In this document: in pieces, positions 50,117-58,086 of the stretch
How positions within the stretch are numbered: the first letter of the stretch is position 1
Layout of the letters: each line of letters opens with the position of its first letter
From: Betaproteobacteria bacterium
Lineage (GTDB): Bacteria; Pseudomonadota; Gammaproteobacteria; Burkholderiales; SG8-41
Direction: 5' to 3'
NCBI GenBank assembly: GCA_016868035.1
Contig: VGID01000001.1
Coordinates: 198,509-262,508, forward strand
Length of the DNA: 64,000 nt
The notes under the pieces: generated by a model
The model's input: only the letters and a program-made list of their open reading frames with translations
Told to the model about the DNA's origin: nothing
Databases searched by the model: none
Position numbers and translations under genes: made by a program

Positions 50117-50380
50117 TCAGAGCCGTTCCCGCCCGCGTGCCGGAGCCTCCAGCCACTCCTTGTCCACGAGGCGCCCGGTTGTCACGCGCTCCAAGGCTCT
50201 TTGCTCCTTTTCGAGTCGGGTGAGCCTGTAGCGCCGCCTGGCGGGGGAAAGCACGATATTCCCCTCCGTCACTTTTACTTCAAGCTCCGCCCCAGCCCGC
50301 AGTCCGAGCATCGCCAAAACCTTCTTCGGAAGCGAGACGGCGATGGCCCCGCCCCATCTGCGCAGCGTCGCGGTCGTCAT
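50117..50380 (-). CDS. mazE: AbrB/MazE/SpoVT-family antitoxin
   Basis: 87 aa starting MTTATLRRWGGAIAVSLPKKVL within ORF 50117..50563. GGAGG SD upstream; 3-nt gap to mazF. Confidence 0.85.
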   Translation of the reverse strand: MTTATLRRWGGAIAVSLPKKVLAMLGLRAGAELEVKVTEGNIVLSPARRRYRLTRLEKEQRALERVTTGRLVDKEWLEAPARGRERL

Positions 50381-50404
50381 GTCGTTTCCTCCGAAAGCAG
50401 CAAA

Positions 50405-50422
50405 GTGATATAAAAGTATCAC
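50405..50422 (-). promoter_or_regulatory. candidate mazEF operator/promoter palindrome
   Basis: GTGATA-N6-TATCAC perfect inverted repeat about 25-40 nt upstream of the mazE ATG, in an AT-rich patch. Confidence 0.5.
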
Positions 50423-50559
50423 CTGCAGCCAGTGCGGCCAAGCGCGGTTCCCCGGCTTTCCGTGATCACTGTGGCTGAGACGCAGTGTCGGATGCCGAGG
50501 CCGGCCATGCTGCGCCCCCACGCCCCGAGGTCCGGGCGAGAGGATTTTCTGGACCGCTC

Positions 50560-50793
50560 TCAATCACCGGGTTTCGTCGGCGGCAATCTCTTCTGCACGC
50601 CCGCTTCCGGTGTAGCCCCTTTACCCGCAAGCGCCAGTTCGAGCATCGTTTCCAGCCGGATCAGCCGCTTGTCCATCTCGCGCATCTCGGACGCGAGGTC
50701 CTTGACCTGAGCGGACAGGCGCACCACCTGCTCGTTCATCTTGATCACTTGCGCGAGTGAATCCCAGATCTTGTCGGCGATGCTCATGATCAC
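50560..50793 (-). CDS. 77-aa coiled-coil protein of unknown function
   Basis: Heptad-hydrophobic helix (VVRLSAQVKDLASEMREMDKRLIRLETMLEL). ATGA overlap with the upstream RHH gene. Confidence 0.45.
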   Translation of the reverse strand: MIMSIADKIWDSLAQVIKMNEQVVRLSAQVKDLASEMREMDKRLIRLETMLELALAGKGATPEAGVQKRLPPTKPGD

Positions 50794-51062
50794 GCCGCCT
50801 TTTCGCGCCTGGCCGCGAAATGCGCCAGCGTCTTCCTGACTTCGGCTTCCGCCTCACGAAGCGCCCGCATCGCATCCCGCGAGGAGACCTCGAGCTCCTT
50901 CGCCAGCCTTTCCAGCAACGCCGTGTCTTCCTCGCTCCGGTAGCTCTCGACCGAGCGGCGGACCATTTCTCCCATCGACAGCCGCCGCGCCTTGGCGCGC
51001 GACACGATCGAACGCTTCTGAGCCGGCGTCACCAGCACCACCATGCGCTCGAGCTTGCCCAT
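50790..51062 (-). CDS. ribbon-helix-helix domain protein (CopG/MobC-like), 90 aa
   Basis: RMVVLVTPAQKRSIVSRAKARRLSMGEMVRRSV fits the RHH beta-alpha-alpha pattern. GGAGGG SD upstream. Confidence 0.6.
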   Translation of the reverse strand: MGKLERMVVLVTPAQKRSIVSRAKARRLSMGEMVRRSVESYRSEEDTALLERLAKELEVSSRDAMRALREAEAEVRKTLAHFAARREKAA

Positions 51063-51088
51063 TTCACCCTCCGATTACCATTGACAAC

Positions 51089-51102
51089 ACATGTTAATTA
51101 TA
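51089..51102 (-). promoter_or_regulatory. perfect TATAAT -10 box with adjacent ACATGT palindrome upstream of the RHH gene
   Basis: The minus strand reads GGATATAATTAACATGTGTTGTCAA, about 35 nt upstream of the ATG. Confidence 0.5.
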
Positions 51103-51233
51103 TCCGGCCCGCGCCACGGATACCAGGTGAGAGAGACATTCATCGTGGCCATCGCCGCAGTATCGGCTGCTTTGGCAAACTTTGCCACTGAGGGGTCCTG
51201 GTACTGAAGGCGTGATCCGTGCTCTGCTCATCA

Positions 51234-51281
51234 AGATGGCATGCTCCCGCCCCCGAAGGGGCGGGAGGCGTCCATGCCATC
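51234..51281. repeat. nested 10+10 bp perfect hairpin
   Basis: AGATGGCATG-CTCCCGCCCC-gaa-GGGGCGGGAG-gcgtc-CATGCCATCT. No U-tract on either strand. Confidence 0.8.
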
Positions 51282-51364
51282 TCGGTGGTTCAAACTCAAT
51301 CGAGCACCGCCGCCAGCGGCACCGCCCACAACCGGTCGCGGAGCCGGACGGTTTCGGTGACGCC

Positions 51365-52685
51365 TCAGGCGAGAAACGCGGCGCGGCAGCGCGGCGTCTT
51401 GTCGAGGAAGGCGCGCAGGCCGGCGAGGTCGCGATCGTCCCAGCGCGCGGCGGCCTTGACCTCGATGGCGAGGCTGTCGCGCCCCGCCTCGATCACGAAA
51501 TCCACCTCGTGGCGGCCCTGGACGTGCCAGTAGCCGAGTCTCGCCTCCGGCCAGTCCGAGTCGAGAATCGCGGCGAGGTTCTGGGCGACGTAGGTTTCGA
51601 GGAGCGGGCCCCGCATGGGATCGCCCTGCTCCAGGCGCGATTGACCGATGCCCGCGAGGTGGCTCGCGAGCCCGGAATCGGCGAGGTAGAGCTTGGGCGA
51701 CTTGATCAACCGGCTCGCGCGGTTCGCGAGAAAAGGCGGGAGCCGCCTCACCACGAAGGACGCCTCGAGCAGGCTCAGATAACGCGCCGTCGTCGCCGCG
51801 TTCAGCTTGGCGTCGCGGCCGAGGTCGCTCATGCCGAGGACCTGCGCGGTCCGCAGCGCGGCGAGCACGAGAAGGCCGCGAAACGGCACGAGGTCCCCGA
51901 TGCGGGCCAGCCCGCGCACGTCGCGCTCGAGGTAGGTCTGCTCGTAGCCCTTGAACCACAGCGCCGGGCGCCGCGTTTCGGCGAGGCACACCGGCGGCAG
52001 CCCGCTTTCGACGATCGCGCGCGGCTCGATGCTGGCGGCCGCGGGCCGTCGCGGCGGCGCCCCGGCGTCGAACGCGCGCCGCACGAACGGCGCCGCCGCG
52101 AGCCGGCCTTCGAGCTCGCGCCGCGTGAATGGATGCAGGGTGAGATAAAGCGCCCGGCCCGCGAGGCTTTCGGTCATCCCCTAGGAGTTTGTCGGACTTA
52201 GTCCCGACAAACTCCTAAGGCAAAACCGGCCGCAGGAAAAAAGGGCGGAAAAGGATGACGAACACGCAAATTCGGATCCGCCTTTCTTCACGCGCGACTG
52301 CTTCAGGAAATCTTCCTTTCGGATTCTCGGCCGGTTTTGCTGTTAGCAGCCTGTGCGGACTCTTGAGTCCGATTGGCTGCTAGAGCAGAGCGAAATTGGC
52401 CGAGCCCGAGAGCAGGAACCGGCCCGGCCGCCGCGCGCGGTCCACTTCCCGCTTGATCGCGACGAGCAGATCGGGGCATTTTTGCGCCTCGTCCACGGTG
52501 AGGGGGGAATCCGAGCGCACGAAGGCCTGCGGGTCGGAGCGCGCGGCGGCAAGCTGCGCGGGATCATCCAGTGTCGCATAGCGGCGGCCGGCGAGCCCCT
52601 TCTCGTGCTGCAGGAACGTGCTCTTGCCGGACTGGCGCAACCCGGTCACCACCACGACCGGCATGGCCGAAAGCGCCGCGCGCAC
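51365..52685 (-). pseudogene. AAA-ATPase with DUF4143-type C-terminal domain, interrupted
   Basis: The N-terminal fragment 52380..52685 has a P-loop (GLRQSGKST) and ends SGSANFALL. The C-terminal fragment 51365..52177 begins TESLAGRALYL. The two are contiguous in intact family members. The N-terminus also looks truncated or frameshifted. Confidence 0.8.
52178..52379. mobile_element. 202-nt highly structured insertion splitting the ATPase gene (MITE-like or unknown RNA element)
   Basis: Hairpin 52182-52217 (15-bp stem). A 13-bp perfect inverted repeat GCAAAACCGGCCG / CGGCCGGTTTTGC (52220-32 / 52328-40). A nested hairpin at 52346-52380. Confidence 0.65.
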
Positions 52686-52911
52686 TCAAGTGGCTGCAGC
52701 AGTTCGCGCAACTGAACAACCGCGCGCTCGTCTGTTCGGAGCAGGTCGTGCAGAATCCCCGCACCTTCCTCCGCTTTGCCCCCATCCTAACCTTCCCCCG
52801 CGCTGCAGGGGAAGGAACAGGTTGGTGGGTCGCATCAGATGTCCCCGGATTTCACTTCGTTTCATACGGGCTGCGCCGAACCTTCGAACGCACGCAGCCC
52901 GGAAGGGGCGC

Positions 52912-52970
52912 AGCGGATTCCGCGGACACTATCCGGCGCAATACGCTTCGCTATTGCGCCCTGCGCGGGC
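52912..52970. repeat. 59-nt direct repeat, left copy, flanking the phd-PIN cassette (REP-like, internal 9-bp palindrome)
   Basis: Shares a 38-nt identical core, TCCGGCGCAATACGCTTCGCTATTGCGCCCTGCGC, with 53779-53836. Confidence 0.85.
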
Positions 52971-53000
52971 GCCGTGCTGAGCCATTGCCCCCGGCATCTC

Positions 53001-53025
53001 TTGCAACTATAATAGTTGTTGCAAC
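53001..53025 (+). promoter_or_regulatory. promoter/operator of the phd-PIN operon
   Basis: TTGCAAC-TATAATA-GTTGTTGCAAC: the inverted repeats TTGCAAC/GTTGCAA bracket a TATAAT box. SD AGGAG follows. Confidence 0.6.
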
Positions 53026-53035
53026 AGGAGCACTC

Positions 53036-53329
53036 ATGACGGAAAAGGTATCCACCATCGAGGTCAGGCAGCGGATTGGCGACCTGCTCAACCGCGTTTC
53101 CCTGCGGCACGACGAGTTCATTATCGAGCGCAAGGGCAAACCCCTGGCTGCGCTCGTTCCGGTCGAACGCCTGGAACAGGTGCGTCGCTTTGCGCGACGC
53201 CACGCCCTCCAGTTCCTGGAACAGCAGAAGGGCGGCCCGCTTTCCGAAGAGCAGGCGATGGCGCTGGCTTTGGAGGCGCAGGAATGGGCCCGCAAGCGGG
53301 CTCGCAGGCCGCGACGCAAGACCAGGTAG
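53036..53329 (+). CDS. Phd/YefM-family antitoxin (97 aa)
   Basis: Starts MTEKVSTIEVRQRIGDLLNRVSLRHDEFIIERKGKPLAALVP within ORF 52571..53329. Confidence 0.85.
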   Translation: MTEKVSTIEVRQRIGDLLNRVSLRHDEFIIERKGKPLAALVPVERLEQVRRFARRHALQFLEQQKGGPLSEEQAMALALEAQEWARKRARRPRRKTR

Positions 53330-53332
53330 CCG

Positions 53333-53764
53333 GTGCTCCGCGCCGTCCTGGATGCGAACGTCTATGTAAGCGCTGCGCTTCGGCCCGCAGGCCCGCCCGG
53401 CCGAATCATCGAGCGGCTGCTGCGGGCGGCGGCTTTCGAGCTCGTTCTCTCACCCGCGATCATGGAAGAAGTGCTGCGGGCCCTCGCCTACCCGAAAGTG
53501 CGGAAGCTCGCCCGCGGCGACATCGAGCCGGCGCTCTGGTTCGAGGACATCGTCGTGCTGGCCGACATCGTGCCCGGTGAGCGGACGCTGCCCGGCGTCT
53601 GCGAGGATCCGGACGACGACAAGTACATCGCCGCCGCCCTGGAAGGCCGGGCGTCGTATGTCGTCACCGGAGACGATGACCTGCTCGCGCTGAAGGAGCA
53701 CGAAGACATCCGTATCGTGACGCCGCGCGCGTTTCTCGATCTTCTTGGACCGGAAAGCGCGTAA
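53333..53764 (+). CDS. PIN-domain toxin
   Basis: 143 aa. AVLDANVYVSA and TGDDDLL motifs; 3-nt gap after the antitoxin. Confidence 0.87.
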   Translation: MLRAVLDANVYVSAALRPAGPPGRIIERLLRAAAFELVLSPAIMEEVLRALAYPKVRKLARGDIEPALWFEDIVVLADIVPGERTLPGVCEDPDDDKYIAAALEGRASYVVTGDDDLLALKEHEDIRIVTPRAFLDLLGPESA

Positions 53765-53778
53765 CCCGCGAGAAGCGG

Positions 53779-53836
53779 AGCGGATTCCGGGGAAAGTTCC
53801 GGCGCAATACGCTTCGCTATTGCGCCCTGCGCAGGC
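53779..53836. repeat. 58-nt direct repeat, right copy, flanking the phd-PIN cassette
   Basis: See 52912-52970. Confidence 0.85.
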
Positions 53837-53869
53837 TCACCCTCGATGAGGGAAGTTTCGTGCGCGCGC

Positions 53870-54871
<1,002 letters not shown>

Positions 54872-54921
54872 CGTTTCCTCCTGATCAACCGCAGATAAAT
54901 GCGAATTCGATCGAAAATTTG

Positions 54922-55432
54922 GCCGCCGATGGACGCCGATAGACGCCCATGAAATTCAATAACGAATTATTCCGCGATCAGAACCCATACACCACGCGCT
55001 TCACCGTTGCCTTCGGACTGCCGAAATTAACTAACAAACACACTTGTAGCCCAGTAGCCTTGAGATAATTTACGCACTGTGCGGTATGGACATCGTCCAG
55101 CCCCTTCCCCGCTTTGATCTCCACGATCACACATCCCTCGATCACGAGGTCTGCGACAAAATCCCCGACCAGAACATCCTTGTAGCGAACTTCAATTCTG
55201 TGCTGCTGTGCCACCTGAAGACCGGCTTGTCCAAGTTCTACAGCGAGCGCGTTTTCATAGACCTTTTCAAGGAAACCGGGGCCTAGGATGTTACTTACCT
55301 GATGGACGCAGCCGATGATCTTTTCTGTGATTTGATCGAGTCTTGAGCGGCGTTGGTCCGCGTCCATTGATGATATCGCAAAGGTTTTGATTTTCTCGCA
55401 GTTATCGGCGTGTATCGGCGTCCATCGGCGGC
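54922..55432. mobile_element. GxxExxY-gene cassette bounded by 26-nt terminal inverted repeats
   Basis: Left GCCGCCGATGGACGCCGATAGACGCC (54922-47) matches the reverse complement of 55407-32 at 25 of 26 positions. The arms are built from about three 10-nt units. Confidence 0.7.
54978..55367 (-). CDS. GxxExxY protein (PD-(D/E)XK nuclease-like fold family), 129 aa
   Basis: Starts MDADQRRSRLDQITEKIIGC within ORF 54978..55472. GPGFLEKVYENAL contains the GxxExxY signature. VIVEIKA and AQCVNYLK motifs. Confidence 0.8.
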   Translation of the reverse strand: MDADQRRSRLDQITEKIIGCVHQVSNILGPGFLEKVYENALAVELGQAGLQVAQQHRIEVRYKDVLVGDFVADLVIEGCVIVEIKAGKGLDDVHTAQCVNYLKATGLQVCLLVNFGSPKATVKRVVYGF

Positions 55433-55449
55433 TTGTTTTGAACGAGCGT

Positions 55450-56139
55450 CTACTTCGCGTAGGTGACAGCAAGGTCGCCGACGCCGTCCACGTGGCCTTC
55501 GAGCTGGTCGCCCGGCCTGACCGGCCCGACCCCCGCCGGCGTGCCGGACATGATCAGGTCGCCGGGCCGCAGCGTGATGAGTTTCGAGAGATACGCGATC
55601 ATCTCGGGCACGTTCCAGATCATCTCGGAGAGGTCGCCCTTCTGCTTCACCGCTCCGTTCACCTTGAGCCAGATCGCCCCCTTCGCCGGATGTCCGATCA
55701 TCACCACGGGTTTCACGGCGGTGCAAGGCGCGGAGTGGTCGAAGGCCTTTCCCATCTCCCACGGCCGGCCCATCTTCTTCGCCTCGCCCTGGATGTCGCG
55801 CCGCGTCATGTCCAGCCCCACCGCGTAGCCGTAGATGTGATCGAGCGCCTTCCCGGCCGGGATGTCGGCGCCGCCCTTTCCGATCGCAACCACCATCTCG
55901 ATCTCGTGATGGAAGTCCCGGGTGACCCGCGGAAACGGGAGCGTCGCGCCGTTCTGCACGATCGCGTCGGCCGGCTTCATGAAGAAGAACGGCGGCTCGC
56001 GCTCGGGGTCGTGGCCCATCTCGCGCGCGTGTTCGGCGTAGTTCCGGCCCACGCAGTAGATGCGCCCGACGGGAAAGGTCTTGTTGCTTTCCGCGACCGG
56101 TAGCACGGGTATCGCCGGGAATTCGATGGCATAGTTCAT
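55450..56139 (-). CDS. fumarylacetoacetate hydrolase (FAH) family protein
   Basis: 229 aa from MNYAIEF within ORF 55450..56199. GRNYAEHAREMG and HEIEMVV motifs. Confidence 0.9.
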   Translation of the reverse strand: MNYAIEFPAIPVLPVAESNKTFPVGRIYCVGRNYAEHAREMGHDPEREPPFFFMKPADAIVQNGATLPFPRVTRDFHHEIEMVVAIGKGGADIPAGKALDHIYGYAVGLDMTRRDIQGEAKKMGRPWEMGKAFDHSAPCTAVKPVVMIGHPAKGAIWLKVNGAVKQKGDLSEMIWNVPEMIAYLSKLITLRPGDLIMSGTPAGVGPVRPGDQLEGHVDGVGDLAVTYAK

Positions 56140-56325
56140 CGGAAGATCGCCTGTAGTACGGCCTGAACAACGGGAGGTCTCGGGGAGGATCGGCGGCATT
56201 GCTGCCCCGCCGCGGTCCGGCCGGAATTATCCGGCATGAGGCGTGGCGCGTCAATTTGCCGGGGGCGGCGACGGGGCCTGCGGTGTATACTCCGCGCGCA
56301 AGCGAAAACACCAAGAGGGAGGAAC

Positions 56326-57420
56326 ATGAAAATCAAATCCGTCAAGGCAAGCGTGCACCGGTTCTCCGTGAAAGTGCCGCTGCTGAAAAAGCCGGTCGAG
56401 CGCAACGCCGTCGTTTGCGAGGTGAAAACGGACGACGGGCACAGCGGCTTCGGGCTGACCGGCGGTGCGTATTTGCCGCACGCGATCGTCACCGCGCTCG
56501 AAAAGGAGTTCCTGCCGGTCGTGAAGGACATGGATCCGCGCGAGACCGAGGCGATCCACGAGAAGGTGTGGTGGAAGCTGAACCAGCGCTCGATGACGGG
56601 CGTCGTCTCGAGCGCGCTCTCCGCCCTCGACATCGCGTGCTGGGACATCCACGGCAAGCACGCGGGACGCACGGTGGCGCAGCTGCTCGGCGGAGCGCGC
56701 GACTGGGCGCCGACGTACTGCACGTTCGGCTTCCCCGAATACGACCGCGACGAGCTCGTCGAGGCGGCGAAGCTGCAGGTGAAGAACGGCCACCGCCGCC
56801 TGAAGATGGTGGTCGGCGTGCACAAGGGCGGCTGGCAGGAGGACGCGCGGCGCGTGCGCGCGGTGCGCGACGCGGTCGGGCCCGATATCGAGCTCATGAT
56901 GGATGCGAACTACAAGTTCAACCCGGTGGACGCGCGGCAGCTCTGCCGCGCGCTCGAGGACTGCAACCTCACCTGGTTCGAGGAGCCGCTCTACCAGAAC
57001 GACACGCGCGCGATGGCCGACCTGCGCCGCCACACCAACATCCCGCTGTCGGCGGGCCAGAACGAGGGGCACCGCTGGCGACTGCGCGAGCTCGTGCTGC
57101 ACCAGGCGGTGGACATCCTGCAGCCCAACTGCTGCTACTGCGGCGGCTACACCGAGGCGCAGAAAGCGGGCCACCTCGCGCAGGCGTTCAACCTGCCGAT
57201 CGCGAACGGCGGGGGCTGGCCGCTGCACAACATGCACACCATGGCCGGGCTCATGAACGGCTGGCGCGTGGAGTTCCACCTCGACATGCAGGCGGTCGGC
57301 GAGATGATGTTCGTGAATCCCCCGCGGCCCAGGGACAACATCGTGAAGATCCCCGCCAGGCCGGGCCTGGGCCTGGAGCCGAACCGCGACGCGCTCAAGG
57401 ACACGTTGATGAAAGCGTGA
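56326..57420 (+). CDS. enolase-superfamily enzyme (mandelate racemase/muconate lactonizing family)
   Basis: 364 aa from MKIKSVK after a GAGGGAGG SD. Metal ligand context DANYKF...EEP...; KxK-like RRLKMVVG. Confidence 0.9.
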   Translation: MKIKSVKASVHRFSVKVPLLKKPVERNAVVCEVKTDDGHSGFGLTGGAYLPHAIVTALEKEFLPVVKDMDPRETEAIHEKVWWKLNQRSMTGVVSSALSALDIACWDIHGKHAGRTVAQLLGGARDWAPTYCTFGFPEYDRDELVEAAKLQVKNGHRRLKMVVGVHKGGWQEDARRVRAVRDAVGPDIELMMDANYKFNPVDARQLCRALEDCNLTWFEEPLYQNDTRAMADLRRHTNIPLSAGQNEGHRWRLRELVLHQAVDILQPNCCYCGGYTEAQKAGHLAQAFNLPIANGGGWPLHNMHTMAGLMNGWRVEFHLDMQAVGEMMFVNPPRPRDNIVKIPARPGLGLEPNRDALKDTLMKA

Positions 57421-57421
57421 G

Positions 57422-57548
57422 CCGTGATCGCTGATCCGTGACTCGAACGAATACGGTGAACCGTGATCGGTGAACGGCGAACGGTGAACGGAAGGTTGCG
57501 GCTGCGCCGGTGAGTTTACACCGTTCACTGTTCCCCGTTTACCGTTTA
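57422..57548. repeat. heptad-periodic inverted-arm element N (about 10 x CCGTGAT/TGAACGG-type, core, 4 x CCGTTCA/CCGTTTA)
   Basis: Starts 2 nt after the enolase-family stop. Confidence 0.85.
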
Positions 57549-57589
57549 CTCGCGCCCTCGCGGCGCGCGGCGTCCGGGACGCCGGCGCC

Positions 57590-57985
57590 ATGAGCGAGGG
57601 CGCGAGCCTGTGGGGGCTGTTCTGGTCGAGCTTTCTTGCGGCAACCCTGCTGCCCGGCGGCTCGGAGGCCGTTCTGTTCGCGGTGCTGAAGCTCCACCCC
57701 GAGCGCTACTGGGACGCGCTCGGGCTCGCCACGCTGGGCAACACGCTCGGGGGCATGTCCTCCTATCTAATCGGCCGCATCCTCCCGCAGAAACGGGACC
57801 TGCGCGGGCTCGCGGCCGTGCGCACGTACGGCACTCCGGTGCTCCTGCTCGCGTGGGTGCCGTTCATCGGCGACCCCCTGTGCGTCGCCGCGGGATGGCT
57901 GAGGCTCAATCCGTGGCTGTCCGCGCTCTACATCGCGCTCGGCAAGTTCACGCGCTACTGGGCGATCGCGGCCGCGGTTGCGTGA
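57590..57985 (+). CDS. yqaA: YqaA-family (DedA/SNARE-associated-like) inner membrane protein
   Basis: 131 aa, colinear with E. coli YqaA by recall (FLAATLLPGGSEAVL, GDPLCVAAGWLR). Confidence 0.82.
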   Translation: MSEGASLWGLFWSSFLAATLLPGGSEAVLFAVLKLHPERYWDALGLATLGNTLGGMSSYLIGRILPQKRDLRGLAAVRTYGTPVLLLAWVPFIGDPLCVAAGWLRLNPWLSALYIALGKFTRYWAIAAAVA

Positions 57986-58086
57986 TCGCTGCGCACGAGC
58001 GATCGTGGCCGCGCGAGGGCTTGTTGCTGCCACCGCGCCCGCGCTGACATAATCCCCTGCAGTCGTATTCGAGGCGAGGGAAATCC

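Noticed and set aside
51216-51232. TGGCAAACTTTGCCA as a sigma54 promoter.
   Set aside because: The GG-to-GC spacing is 9 nt instead of 11. It is more simply a 7-bp hairpin.
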